From Eutreptiella sp. 'Long Island Sound 2002' (lineage: Eukaryota > Protista > Euglenida): DNA of 64,000 bases. The DNA is taken from positions 20,956,001 through 21,020,000 of the forward strand of contig OZ038378.1 in assembly GCA_964036045.1 (NCBI GenBank), written 5' to 3'. The notes beneath the pieces were generated by a model. The model saw nothing but the letters and a program-made list of their open reading frames with translations. It ran no database searches and had not been told where the DNA came from. This document shows, in pieces, positions 17,840 through 31,055 of the stretch (its first letter is position 1; every line of letters starts with the position of its first letter). The position numbers and the translations under genes are program-made.

Positions 17840-18215
17840 TGGGGCCCAAAAAGAGGGCGGAAATGCTACGCCACCCCTGCATTCTCGGGGATCCCCAACA
17901 AAGGGGAACAAAATCAGAAGATGCTACCTCACCCCTGCCTTCTCGGGGGCCCAAAAGAGGGCGGAAATGCTACGCCACCCCTGCATTCTCGGGGATCCCC
18001 AACAAAGGGGAACAAAATCAGAAGTGGCTGCCTCACCCCTGCCTTCTTGGGGACCCAGAAGAGGACGGAAATGCTACGCCACCCCTACATTCTCGAGGAT
18101 CCCCATCGCCAAGCACCGGGAACAAAATCAGAAGTGGCTGCCTCACCCCTGCCTTCTCAGGGGCCCAAAAGAGGGCGAAAATGCTACGTCATCCCTGCAT
18201 TCTCGGGGGTCCCCG
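17840..18215. repeat. Tandem ~95-bp repeat (~4 copies); same family recurs at ~28865-29250
   Basis: cccaaaagagggcggaaatgctacgccacccctgcattctcggggatcccc...aacaaaatcagaagtggct is repeated. Confidence 0.9.
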
Positions 18216-18351
18216 AATAGGGGTTCCAAAAGGGCCCTCAACAGGCGAGTGGAAAAAAGCCCCTCACGTGGTTCCTAGATAGTTCAGGGTAACCCTGCAA
18301 CCAATGTTCTTTATGCGAAAGGAAAAAAAGAGGGTCTTAGGGAACGTCCTG

Positions 18352-18531
18352 GATGTTGGCGGTACGTGCATCACCACACACCGTGCGGTGCTTGGTGCTC
18401 AAAGTGAGTATTTCAAGACCATGCTGGCTCCCAATTTCAAAAAGCAGCAAGACGGCAAGATATCCATCGATGACACGATGCCCAACGCATTCCGGGCGTT
18501 GCTACGTTACTTGCACACGGACAAGCTCAAG
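18352..18531 (+). pseudogene. BTB/POZ domain fragment
   Basis: VGGTCITTHRAVLGAQSEYFKTML...ISIDDTMPNAFRALLRYLHTDKL matches the BTB consensus (HR.VL.a.S.YF...f; F..LL.Y.YT). Confidence 0.85.
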
Positions 18532-18599
18532 CATGGGTGCATGTGTTGTTATGCACGCCACATGGGGCATGCATGCAAGCAGGTACTTGTGTTGCATAA

Positions 18600-19000
18600 A
18601 TGAGTGGTGTGCTGCGCACATGTCTGGGCATATTCTGCCTACTTGCACCGAGGCCCTTTGGCTGAAATTTGTGATCATCAGGGCCGTGGGGCTAATAAGC
18701 AGTGAGTGGGCACCTGTGGTAACTAATAAGTCGTTGAACTCAACCCCGTCATATTCGCTATTGAGGTGTATAATATCTGGTATATTTGTTGTGATGCCAT
18801 CGTTACAAAACCCATGCCATTTTTGCCGTTGCGTGTCATCGCTGAGCAGATGGGATTTGATAACATTGGATTGCATGATCACATCCACAAGAGGTTTATG
18901 CATCTGTGGATCCATGACCTCATTGCTATGGTCCTACATCAACGTCAACATGTGTGATCCATGCTGTCCCATTTTCGGAAAGGTCGAGCACTTGGACGTA
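18600..19000 (-). mobile_element. Possible degenerate RLE-type non-LTR retrotransposon 3-prime fragment
   Basis: KCS..KMGQHGSHML..*..HKPLVDVI...IPDII...NDLLVT loosely fits a zinc knuckle plus a PD..D restriction-like endonuclease; contains an internal stop. Confidence 0.3.
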
Positions 19001-19946
19001 GTATTGATGTGGGCTTCGTTGGGAGCTGGTTTTTAGGGCATTTGGAAGGGGACAATTCGGAGGCTTTTTTGTGAAAGTATGTGGATTACCCGTTATGAAA
19101 TTTTTTGGAGGCCTGGAAAACTGGGGCTAGATTGTGATTGTTTGCTCAAACCCAAGGATCCCAAACGGTTGTTTCGTCATTTGAACCACCATTTTGGCCA
19201 AATTTGAAGCTTGGCGTTTTCCTTTTCTTGGTAGTGAACTACCGCTGGTGCAGCAGTGAGAGAAGAAGCCCCCTATTGTAGTTGTCATTGGAGAGGACAG
19301 GTCCCACATAAATACAAGAAAGCACGGGCAGTCGCCTACTACATGTGTTTGGTGGGTGTCATTAGCACCAATCCCCATACAAGGTGGGAACCCATAGCTC
19401 TCATGCTGTCATGCAACAGGTGGCCCCATTTGCTCGGTGATGTGGTTCAGGGGTGCTTGTTTTTGGGAAGCCGCAGGCAGCAACTGCCCACCACATGAAT
19501 TAGCAAGAACCATCTCAACGAGCGCTGAACATTTTTCTCAATCCGATCCTTTTGCTTGTGACTGAAGCACCAAAGCAATGGATGGAACAATTCATTCGTC
19601 AACAATGGGGTGGTCGGACTTTCGCTTTAGGGGCGGGGGGGGGGGGGTCGTGGGAGCCCCCCAAAACTGGGGGACGAGGGGTCTTGGAAAAGGGCTCCTA
19701 GGACAGAGGCCATAATTTCCATTGGCATGGTTCAGGGCCCCGCACAGCGGTGAAAATTTGGCCCAAGAGTTCTGAACCCACTGGACCTGTGCCCCTGAAG
19801 GCGACTCTCACCACGGAGGTCCTCAGCCTGCATGCACACCTACCCACAAACTTTCAGTTGGGTCAGCCATGCGAAACCTGGACGTTGCACCACTAGAGAT
19901 GGATGAGTGGCAAATGTGGGTTTGCTTGAATTTGCTTGCCCTACTG

Positions 19947-20757
19947 GGGTGGGGGGAAATTGGCTTGCGCCCACGGGGGGTCACGGATGTCCATTTCCCA
20001 ACCCCCCCCCCCCCTTCTGGCCCGCCGTGACGGGGCAATGGCGGGGGTGGCCCAGGCGGGGAGGGTAGGAGAGGAACTTACAGGTTTTTATTTTTTAAAG
20101 CCCACCCTGCTCCCTTGGACCCCTTGGGTGCCTGGGCGTCCTCTCCTCCCCCCCCCTGTAGGGCAAGAAGGTGAAACCTGCCTGCCCAGGCACCCAGCCA
20201 TCAGACAGCACCTGTTTAACTCAGAAAGGATGGTTAGCCAAAAAAGAAAAAATAAAATTTGCAAAGTGGTGCTGTCAGTGGCCCCCTGTGTTTAACTGAC
20301 TTTTGTTTGTTTCCTTGTCAGGGGCTGGTTGCTTCGGGGAAGGGGTCGAGAGCAGGGGGGGGGGGGTTTAAGGGGTATGTATGCCTGTGACTGACTGAAA
20401 GGGTCCCCCCTGATGGGGGGGCCTGTAGAAAACTGTCTTGGGGGGGGGGCATGCACATGCAAACATGCAAACATGAAGACATAAAAAAGACCAAAAAAGC
20501 GAAGGGAAAAACATTACATGAAGCTGTATTGGAACCCAGGACCTCTGGAAATGGAGCCTAGGCCTACAACCAACTAAGCTAAGTCAGGATCTGCCTACGT
20601 TTAAAAATCAGAGAGTGCATAGCATAGTAAAAAAAAAAGGCTGACAATGAGGACCATACATAGGTCCTGTCACAGGTGTCCATTTCCCAACCCCCCCCCC
20701 CCTCCTTCAGGCGACAGCCGTGACCCCCCCCGGGCGCAAGCCAATTTTCCCCATCCC
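19947..20757. mobile_element. MITE copy 1 (811 bp), PIF/Harbinger (Tourist)-like
   Basis: Imperfect TIR gggtggggggaaattggcttgcgccc..ggggggtcacgg / ccgtgaccccccc.gggcgcaagccaattttccccatccc; 3-bp TSD CTG. Confidence 0.8.
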
Positions 20758-22079
20758 CTGCGGTGTGGGCCTGTCGCCATGTTCTGCTTTCATGTGCCCC
20801 GTCTTTTTGGTCCCGGCTCGTCGGAAAAGAGGGTGAAGGTCAGGTAGAGGGTGCCAAAAGTACCCTGCACAGGTTTCTAATACTATTGGCGACGTGTTGG
20901 CAGCCTCTGGTAGGAATGTGTTGCTGGTGCATGTGCGGGAAGACTCCGCATTAACGCAGGTGGTTTGGTCCTGGTGCCACTCTTTGTCGCACCGGCAGGA
21001 ACTCCCACACCTATTTCCTGCACCATGGCTGGGTGCCACACGGGGAGTCGCACAGAGGACACCTCATCACCCGGTGCCACTTGTGGCAGGTTTTGCCTGA
21101 GGCGATGCCGGATGTTGAGGACACATTCTGTGAATGTGTGCAATGCTCTGCTCCCATATGAAGGGGTGTCACCCCCAAAAGTGCATTTGTTTTGAAAAGG
21201 GACACTGGTTGGGGCGGCCGGGGCCTTGTGGCAGCCTGAGCCAAGTTTGCCCCGTTGCCTGTTGGGGCTGGGATGGGCTGAGGACCACGGAGGAGGGGGC
21301 GTTCACCAGCACCTGAGGGTGCTGAACAGTGCTGGATCGTGCCAACAATTTTGGGGGGCCGATGGCCTCGGGCACCCCTCGCCCCGCCGCACCCCACCCC
21401 CCCTCCCCGAAGCCTGCCTTGCGCTCCGGTGCCCCAGACCGAGTGCTCCTATGCTGGTCCAAGGGGGATAGCTCACGCCGAAAAAAGCACACACACAAAG
21501 AGCAGGGCAGCGCTTTGCTGGCCGCCGGGTGTGCCGGGGCGCGCAGGAGAGGGGGTAGGAAGGAGGGAGAAGGGGCGGGCGCAGGCCACGGTCCACTGCC
21601 ACCTCTGCGCTGGACGCACGGAGACAGTGGTATGGGCGGATTCTCGGGGTCACTGGGGTCCGACCCTTGCGCCACTCACAGACCTCCCCGGCCACAGGCA
21701 CACCATGGTCCACTCTTGGTCTTGGCTGTGCACAGATACCATGCGGACAGCCAAGACCGTGGGAGTTGGCAGCCATGCAGTGAGACGTGGTAGGCCCCCT
21801 CGGTGTCCAGCCTCCTGCAGCTACACCGCCCCCCCCCCCCCTCCTTCTGATTTGGGCTTACCCTGGGACCGGAATATCCACGGATTCAGGCGAGTGCTTC
21901 GCAATGGGGAGGGCTGCTCAGGTTTCGTGTTCTTGACAGGGGTCTTGTTATCGTTTACGTTGGTCGCTTGCAATAATGAGGGTGCAGCCCTCGTCACAGA
22001 AAATGGAGGTGGCTGAAGGTCGCACTCACATAATGAACATAGCAGTGCCCCGTTGTGTTGCTGGCACAGGGCCTGCTGA

Positions 22080-22703
22080 GGGTGGGGGAAAATTGGCTTG
22101 CGCCCACGGGGGGTCACGGATGTCCATTTCCCAAACCCCCCCCCCCCCTTCTGGCCCGCCGTGACGGGGCAATGACAACCGGTATACACAGCCCCCCAGT
22201 CCCCCCCCTACCCCCAACGGTGGTGGTATTTATGTCCGGTCTATTCCGGTTGCATCCCATAGCACCGGGGGGGGGGGGGATGCAACGCCCCACCATGGCA
22301 GGGGGGGGGGGGTTAAGGGGTATGTGTGCCTGTGACTGACACAAAGGGTCCCCCCTGATGGGGGGACCTGTAGAAAACTGTCTTGGGGGGGGGCATGCAC
22401 ATGCAAACATGCAAACATGAAGACATAAAAAAGACCAAAAAAGCGAAGGGAAAAACATTACATGAAGCTGGGATTGAACCCAGGACTCTGGAAACAGAGC
22501 CTGGTACAACTACCAACCAAGCTAAGTCAGGATCTGGCTACATATAAAAATCAGCGAGTACATAGCATACTAAAAAAAAAAAAGGGCTGACAATGAGGAC
22601 CATACATAGGTCCTGTCACAGGTGTCCATTTCCCAAACCCCCCCCCCCTCCTTCAGGCGACAGCCGTGACCCCCCCCGGGCGCAAGCCAATTTTCCCCAT
22701 CCC
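22080..22703. mobile_element. MITE copy 2 (624 bp), same family
   Basis: Same TIRs, shared internal ~420 bp, 3-bp TSD TGA. Confidence 0.8.
22465..22530 (-). other. tRNA-derived (SINE-head-like) segment inside the MITE; more diverged copy at ~20520-20590
   Basis: The minus strand reads tagcttggttggtag (A box) and gtcctgggttcaatcccag (B box / T arm); no convincing full cloverleaf. Confidence 0.6.
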
Positions 22704-23414
22704 TGAGTTAAAACCGGGTTCACAACGGAACTCAGCGGTGACCCCCTGCCACAACAGCACACGTTTCCATGAGGAGACCATTAGGAGAAATGTGTTGACG
22801 GAATGAGAACACAATTGCACAGGGGGCGTTTTCCACCCCAAACCAACAACTGCACTTGTTGCTGCAGCATCCAGGAATCCGCTGATTTCGGCTGATTCGG
22901 GAATCCGGGCCCCCGAAACGGGTGTGAGTGCGCTAAGAAGCAGCGACAACGACAACAACAATGACAACGATGACGACAATGACAACCACAACGAAACGAC
23001 ATCCAGCCCAGCGATTGCAGTTGACCACCCGGCCAACTATCTCTTTGTGTCCAACCTGTCCAAGGCCACACTAGTCCAGTGGTTGCAGGATGCACTACTT
23101 ATTTGTCCATGCAGGGACCTGCTCAGGGATGAACCAGCCCGGTTGGTAAGTGACCTGGGCCTACACAGCTGGGCAGTCAGTGCGAAGTCTGAACTCGATC
23201 CCATCATGAAATTATTCTGGTTCTGGTCTGGAAAATAATGGAGGGAGAACAGTACATGGCGTAGCAAAACCAGGGTACTGGCCCAGCTAGTTCTACATTG
23301 GATGCAGCTGGCTAAGCATGGGGTACAAAGAGAAACAATGCATGGCCAGCCGGTGTGTGGAGTCGCCAGGGGCAAACCGAAATCCAAATCCTTCCACCAA
23401 CCCCTGAGGCAGAC

Positions 23415-26400
23415 CTGAGAAATTCATCATTTTAAGGCCAAAGTCCTGGGACATGTACGTCCGACCTGTCTCCACAGGCACCATCCGCAATCCGGCAGTG
23501 CGCTTCAGAAACTCCCAGTCTTTCCAAAGGGCGTTGCAAGGCCAATCATCCACAACCCCTGTTCAGGATTCGAACAGGCCATGGTATGTATGTGTTCGGG
23601 AGTGAGGATCAGGCGGGGGGTGATTCGCTGCGCCATCCTAGAGCCCCATCTACATGGCAGCAAAACATGGCCTCACCGATTCACACCTTCTGTGCATCAC
23701 TGTCAAACAGGCTCCGGATGCATGTGTACACACGTGGCGCACGCGGAGTGTGCAATGTGCAACCACGCTACCTGGTCGGCCGTGACACCAGGGCCTCTTG
23801 GTTCCCAGAAAGCCTCAAACCGTGTGGTCTGCTTCACCGTTGCCCTCAGAGCCACACCAAAGCGCTTGCGGAGTCTCGAGATAGCCACTTCATTGTGCCT
23901 CCAGTCATCCCCGAGCGCCAGACCATCGCCATACGCCAACACGTGCAGATCATTGCTGCAGTTTCTTTGCACCTGAGAGCTGTCCACATCCAAACTGTGT
24001 CGGAACGTGCCCCAAATGCTGTTCCCACGGGCCAGCGGGAAGCAACCCCGTACTTCCCGGCCGCGTGCGTTGTTCTTGCTGCGGACCCCAAACCTGCGGG
24101 CACCTGGGCGCGCAAGGCGTGGTCACGAGTGCAGACAACCCCCCGTTTGGAACACATGTGGTCGCCTCAAGTGGGCACGGTGACACGTCTCCTCCCTCTA
24201 GCGTCCCGGGACCCCTGCCCCTTCAGGCCATCCCCCACCCCCAGACCCCCCCCCCAAGCCCCCACGGTCCGTTCAAGAGGAAACAGTGGTGGGGATGTGG
24301 GTGTTTGGATTGCTCATGGGGGCCTCAACTGCACTGCCCGTACTGACCCAAAGCCGGAGATTTTTTCAAAGCGCTCAGGACGAAAAGACAGTGCAAAAAG
24401 GTCACATCGCCGGAAAGTGCCATCCAGACCTTTGCGACTGGGGGGGGGGGGTCATTTTGGGACCAGCTGACCCCCCCACCGACCCAGGACCCCCCCCCCC
24501 CCCTACAACCAGTAGGCGGGGGGGATCTCTCGTCCCCCATCCCACAATGCAAACAAAGCGTGTACTTCAGTTGCAGACTCCATCACCGGCCTCCCAGTCG
24601 ACCGGGACAAAATGGTGTCTCATGGCAGGAGCAAAGCAAATGGATCTTAGTGTCCCTGTTTGGCATCGGAGGAGGAGGAGGAGGAGGAACTGGAGGAGAA
24701 GGAGGCTGAGCTGTCATCGTCACTCCTCACTACAGTTGCTGCATCCCCCGATTTCTTTGCCCACCAACCCACACACACGGATCCCCCCCCCCCTCCCGTG
24801 GGGGGGCAGTAGGCGCCTTGGGCCAAATTGCCCACAACCAAACTAACCCACCCACCCACAGGCCGCAGACCCCACCCCCCCAACTCCAGCGGGACCCACC
24901 TTATCTTTCCCACACCCCTTTGGTCCAGGGGTCAAACCGTCAAGTGCTCACAGACACAGAGCACAGACTCAGCTAAGATGAACCTTTAATGCCTCTGCCA
25001 ATAAAAGGCGTCACCTGCACACGAGCTCCTGCAGTATCACCCCCTCCTCCAACTGTTCCTTCGGGCACATGGAAGTGGTGCCCTTATTTCACAACACGCC
25101 AACCCCAATCCAATCCCGCTGGAGCGTAGCACGGGCCCTGCGCCCTGCGGCACACCGGTGATGATGACAGGAGTGCGAACGCGGAAGAAGTTGTCACGGA
25201 ACTCCGCGAGCGTGGGACAGTGGATGCGCGGCATCGGGCTGCAGCGGCTGTGGATGGGATTGGGGGTGAATGGCTTGCGCCCCAAAAACGGACTGAAGGG
25301 GCTGGAACTGGATGCGCCTGGGACGTGGTTGATGTGGGGTCTGAAGGCAAGCGGAGGGCCAGCGCCAGCGGGTGTCATGCGCATTGAGGCACGTGCTCGA
25401 CGCCCCTGTCTTCTTTATGGCTGTGTGGGAGTGTCTGCCCGGCGCATGCGACGGGCACAATGGTGGCACGTGCAATGCGCATATTCTGAACCCAGATTCA
25501 CGAACCTGAGGTACACCCGTTGCAACCACCCATCGAAGTCTGGCATGGAGGATTGCCACTGCCGGCGGGCTCACGGAGGCCCCCCTCTTTACCCGCTCCT
25601 ACCCTGTGCCTCCGTCCCCCGCTGCCCTATGCCCATGCTTACAAAGCAGGGCTGGGGACAGGACTGACATACCAAAAGGATCCGGAGGATGCAGCCCAGG
25701 GTCTAATCCACAGATGTCACTCAGGGATGGCAGCTGCGCAAGAAAGTCAGCTGTAGGCTGCTTCAAAGCTGCGTCCTGCAACAAATGCCCAACGGAGCAT
25801 CCAACAAGTGTTCAGCCATGCTGGGCTTATTCCAGTAAGGTGAACGTTCTAGAGGTGCTGAATGCCGATGTTGTACTGCTTCGCGCCCTTTTTCATCTCC
25901 TGCCGATGACTGGTCCCAAAATGCGAGAGGATGTTCCCGATTGTGTGGAAACTGAATGATCACATGGACCAAATCAATTTCATTCCAAACCAAACGTACG
26001 CCCAACAAATTCACATTTGTCTGCATCACCCTAAACCCGCGTTCACCCCTGCCCTGCACAGCGTTCGACTGGCTTCGGCACAACGATGCGAGATTGCACC
26101 CATTCAGGAAGAGAAATGGAGGGAAAGAAAAACTAATGCAAAAGCTTGGGACTGTGAAAAATAAATCCTGTCACAAGAAAGAGACAAATGGTTTGCCAAT
26201 ACACGGGCTACACCTCTACACGCCTATGCATACGTACACCACACCACTTTCCACTGGTGCACATGAACACTAAACCCCTCACTCTCCGATTATCACGCGC
26301 GTGATATCATTTTGACCACCCCTGGTGTGCCCATGGTGGGTACCATGCAGCGGACAGGGCGTAAGCGTGCATTGATCCAACCATTTTCAGGGTACAGAAT

Positions 26401-29400
26401 GCAACGGAACACGGCATCGACCCTAAAACAGCACACAATTGAATCGACAATCCACATGGATGTGCATACGCACCACACCACTTCACAAAGATGTACCTCA
26501 ACAGTACCGCACGGCACATGGGTGCGCAAAGACACCGCACAGCTTCGGATGCATGAAACTTTGCATCAGATTCACGGAACAAAGGAAATCCCAGACATGG
26601 GAATGAGGGAATGAGACCGCAGTGCAGGCACAGGGAGGCACCACAGAAGGGAAGGTCGATGCACGTGGGGCAGGACAAGGGTTACTCACCTCCAACGCCT
26701 CATCGCAATCCGAGGCGTGACACGCGGTACTTTCAGCGCCCGCACTCTTTGCTGCAGCGAAGCTTGGCCTCTGTCCTCTTGTGGCAGAGGGTGGCCAACG
26801 CGTTGCAGCACAGTGCTCATGCAATTCCTGAGGATACGCATCAGAGCGGGCAGCATCCTGTGAAAATTGTAATTTGTGTACAAAAAAATTGCAAATTTGT
26901 GAAAAAATTTTGCCGTCAAGTCGTGTAATTTTTTTTGCTGCAAGTTGTGTAATTATAAAAAAAAAATCGGACCGGACAACCCAGAAAAAAAAAATCATCG
27001 GTGCGCGTAAATTTTTTAACAAAAAAGGCGAGTAAATAATAATGCACTATCCACAATAATGCCACTTTTGCAACATGTAAAGTATATGTGATGTGTACAA
27101 TGAATATGAACAATGTGCAATATGTACAATTGCTGGTTCCGTACGGCACCCCATGGTGCCCTTAACAATGGGACACCGAGTCCACAAAGCACAAAGTCCT
27201 CTATGTGGCCACCAATTAATTGGGACTTGGCCAATATAAGAATATGGAGGTCTGATGGAGGCTACCTACCAAGGAGCTCGAGAGGTAGGAAGCTTATACA
27301 CTCCACCAAAAAGGCAAAACTGTGATGCAGTGCTACCAGCAATGGCCCATATAAAAGCACATTTATAGACACCACCTTTGGTCCACCAAATAGGTGGAGG
27401 AAATATAGGGACACAACATGCCTACACACCGTGCATCCGCCCCAAGTAGTTGCACAATGCACGTTTGTAGATGAGGTCAGTCTATGTATTGGAGGACTTG
27501 GGTTGTGCACAAGGACTAGTGTTCCGCTGACAAGCCTCACGCAAATGAGCTACTAGCTGCTCATTCAGATTATCGATGCATAGGTAGTCATGCTCTAGCT
27601 CGCCGCATGCATTTTTGGGGTAGCTATTCGGCACCTGCCGCCACTCTCCACCACTGAGGACCTTGTGATGGTGTCCTCCTCTGTGGCAGGAGGGGCCATC
27701 GAAGGTTGCCCCTTGGGCTTTGAGCCTTCCATGCTTCGCAAAGAGGAGGCATCCTTGATGGGGGTGGCATTAACACTCTCGTGGGTCATATGGAAAATGC
27801 ACCGTGAACTTGGGCGCTGGGGGGTCAAGCAGGAGGACAAGGAACCTCAATCACCCCTTCCAAATCATCACCAAGCGCTTGAATGACCCGCACAGAGCGA
27901 TCGGCATTAACGATGCTCAATACATAGGCCAGAAAACCTGGAGGCATTGGGGTGAGGCAAAAATCCAAAAAAGAACCCCGGTGTTCAACCACCTAGTTCG
28001 TGATGTGCAAGCTCTGAAAACCACAAGACCAACCGTCGTATTTGGAATCCCAAGGCCCAATGCTTGGTGGTAAAGCTGTGCCGCTTGAGCGCCGCTAAGA
28101 AAAGGCGGATCATTGCGATGGGGGAGTATTTGCGCCGGGCGCACCGCACGCTACTTTTACGGCGTGTTTTCCCGAACCGGCCGAGGCTTCCCCCCGCCTC
28201 CTAAAAGGGCTCCTACAGAGAGAAACCCCCTGCGTGGTAAGCACAGTTGCTTGGTTGGGATAGGGGGCCAAATCTCCGCGTCGCCCGCGCGCCGCATCAC
28301 GTGCTCCCCCAATGGAGCTCAAGGTTCCCAAGCCCAAATAATGAGACAATCCAACCGGACACGGCAATCCAAGCCACAAACAAACCAATGCAACCCCTGT
28401 TTGCCATCACTATTGACCACAAAACTGTGGCAACGGCACCGAGCCATGTTGTCTAGTGCGGAGCCAGATTCAACAACGTGCATCCACCCGGACAATCTCA
28501 ATACAACTAACAGCAAGAGTCCACACAAAGGGGGTTAGAAAAGAGGTCCTCATCAATGGACACGGACTCAATGGCGGACTGCTTAGGGAGGGTGGCAGTC
28601 AAACCTCAACTTCCACCTCTTGACACCACTTTTGGAAGAACCACTTGTTCGTGGCGGTGGGCCCTACCACAAACAAGACACTCCAAGGTGAGCAAGCAAA
28701 CACCACACCCTTCACAATGCATGCACCATGGGTGCACAGTCTTGTGACACTGGCCACACATATAAGGGGGCCAAAAGAGGTTTAGGCAATGCCAGTGCTT
28801 CCGATGCACTTCTCTGCTGTCAACTTTCTGGGGCGCAGCAACAACAAGATTAGCGGAGTTAGACTCACAAAAGTGGCTACTTCACCCTGTGTTCTCGGGG
28901 GCCCATGTCTGGGCGGAAGGGCTACATCACCCGTGCCTTCTTTGGGTCCCCTATGCTCACCACAGGGGAAAAATCAAACATGGCCCAAATCCAGGCAAGA
29001 TGGCTATATAACCCCTACCTTCTTGGGGGTCCCCAATGCTCAACACAGGGGAAAAATCAGAAAGGGCTCAAATCTGAGCAAAATGGCTACAGAACACGTA
29101 CCGTCTTGGGGTTCCTAAGTGCTTAGCAACCAGGGGAGAAAATCAGAAGTGGCTTCTTCACCCCTACCTTCTCGGCCACATGTGGGCGGAATGGCTACAT
29201 AATCTGCCTTCTTGGGGATCCCCAACGTGGGGACAAAATCAGAAGTGGCCAGTGCACAAAAAAAAAAGGTACTTTCGTGAAAAATTTTCATATTTGCGGT
29301 AAACGCAAGTACAAAAAAAAGCGTAACACGACGCAAACATTTTAGCGGCAAACACGACCCGATTTTTTTTTCGTTCTCACGTACACGTTGGCACGAGTTT

Positions 29401-31055
29401 TTTTTACTGGCATTTAAAGCCGATAAAAATACACCACCTAAAACATACTCCACCATCCCCCCCCCCCCCTCAAACCCTCTCACTACATCATAGTCCCACA
29501 CAGTCCCTTGGTGAACAAGGCCAAGTGACGGATCCCGCAGGACAAAGACATCACACCAGGGATGTGCTTATCCAACAGGGCGGGGGGGAAGGGGGGGGGG
29601 GGCGGGGGTGAGCTGGTGGATCAGGCCAAACCACCCAACCACCAAAAATCAAAAATTTCCTCCGGGAAATAATGAAATTTTGAATAGAGGGCCAAATATG
29701 AGAGGCCCATTTTAGGTACACAAACTTGCTATTGCCCTCATACCCACGCACACATGCACCCCCTGTCCCGTAGGCCGAACACTAAGCACGCGGGAGGGGG
29801 CACTGGGTGCGCAAGGCCAGGGGCATCGAACGTTTGCTGCCACAGGGCGACGACCGTGCGCACATTGTCGTTGGGATCAATGCTTCAAACTGGCGGCACA
29901 TGAGGCGCGTGCACCTCTTGGCAAATGGTTAGGCTGCTCAACTGATTCGGGGAAAGGTTGTCCAGCGCGCTACTTTGGGCAAGTGTCCTAGAGTTGTCCC
30001 AGATCTACCCCCCTCCCTTAGAGAAGCCGGAGCAGACTGGAAAGGTGCAACTATACCACCCAAGTAAACCCCATATGGTTGTCCCCTTCCACATGATTAC
30101 CCCCTGCAATCGGCAACACCTACTGTTATGGCAAGGGCCTGAGGGTATCGGCAGATATCCATGGCATATGACGCGGGATTCAGCAGCGGCAATATCCTGG
30201 GTCATAGAACACGGATATCTGCCCCAAACCCATGTGAATTGTGTCGAAGGTGAAATTCCATGTGAAACTTTGGGGAATTCTATTGCCCTCGGAAGGCACA
30301 TCGAAGACGAGAGGGGGGCGTAACACTTACCTTCCCCATCTTAAGGTGCCAACACTCGTACGTGACTTGTGAGATCTGATCACTGAGTAGCTGTATCGTA
30401 GAATTTTAGGGGCCAATGGACACCAACAGGTGGCCTAATGGTGCTACAGGGCTCCCAGGTATCTGCCTTGTATCCCGTGGCACATGCCATGGCATACAGG
30501 GGCCTGTATAAGACAGATGTCCGTGGCATAAGCACAAATAATACACTTTCACCGCCCTCCGCCGCTTCTGTGTCACCCTCAACTATTTGTACAGCAGTGC
30601 ACGGCACGCACCAGCCCGCTGGTGAGGTAGAGTGGATAGCAAAGCACAGCATCTGGCACAACCTCCACAAGGTCCTGGACCTGCTCGTAATACGTCCCCG
30701 TGCCCCCCAACAGCAGCCCCTGGTCCAGCGTCCAGATCACGCGCTGCACGGCCTCACACGCAGCGCCCGTCGCAGTCAGATCCGCAAACGCCTTCAACAG
30801 GGAAGCGCAGAGGTATGCCCCGCGCCACACAGGGGGCACGCACTCCCAAAAGCCTTCGTGCAGCCGGTCCCAGCAGAAGTCCAGGGCTTCTGCCGCGAAC
30901 CGCTCGGCGCAGGCCCACTGGCGCTGGCGCAGGCAGTCCGTAGCGCGGCAGAGCAGGACCGTGATGCCTATGCCGCCCTGGTGCCTGGCGAGCAAGTCCA
31001 GAAGTGTGGGATCAGGACTCTCAGGGCATGAGGCGGCCCATTGCAAGAACGGCAT
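23415..31055 (-). CDS. JMJD5/KDM8-like JmjC hydroxylase, partial. Exons: 31055 to ~30640, ~25250-25156, 23558-23415; downstream exons not found
   Basis: LDFCWDRLHEGFWECVPPVWRGAY...LDQGLLLGG (KDM8 N-terminal region); PRIHCPTLAEFRDNF...PVIITG|VVDDWP...AGLRMVPVETGRTY. The GT-AG intron 25155-23559 keeps the frame. Confidence 0.8.
28865..29250. repeat. Degenerate copies of the ~95-bp repeat family
   Basis: aaaatcagaagtggct...cccctaccttct...ggggatccccaac motifs shared with 17840-18215. Confidence 0.75.

Noticed and set aside
22465-22530. Functional tRNA gene
   Set aside because: Only the A/B boxes and T arm are recognisable, acceptor and anticodon stems are poor, and it lies within a repeated MITE.
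26860-27130. AT-rich islands (also ~29260-29440 and ~46000-46450) as promoters or origins
   Set aside because: No specific motif or supporting structure; most likely internal parts of non-autonomous repeats.
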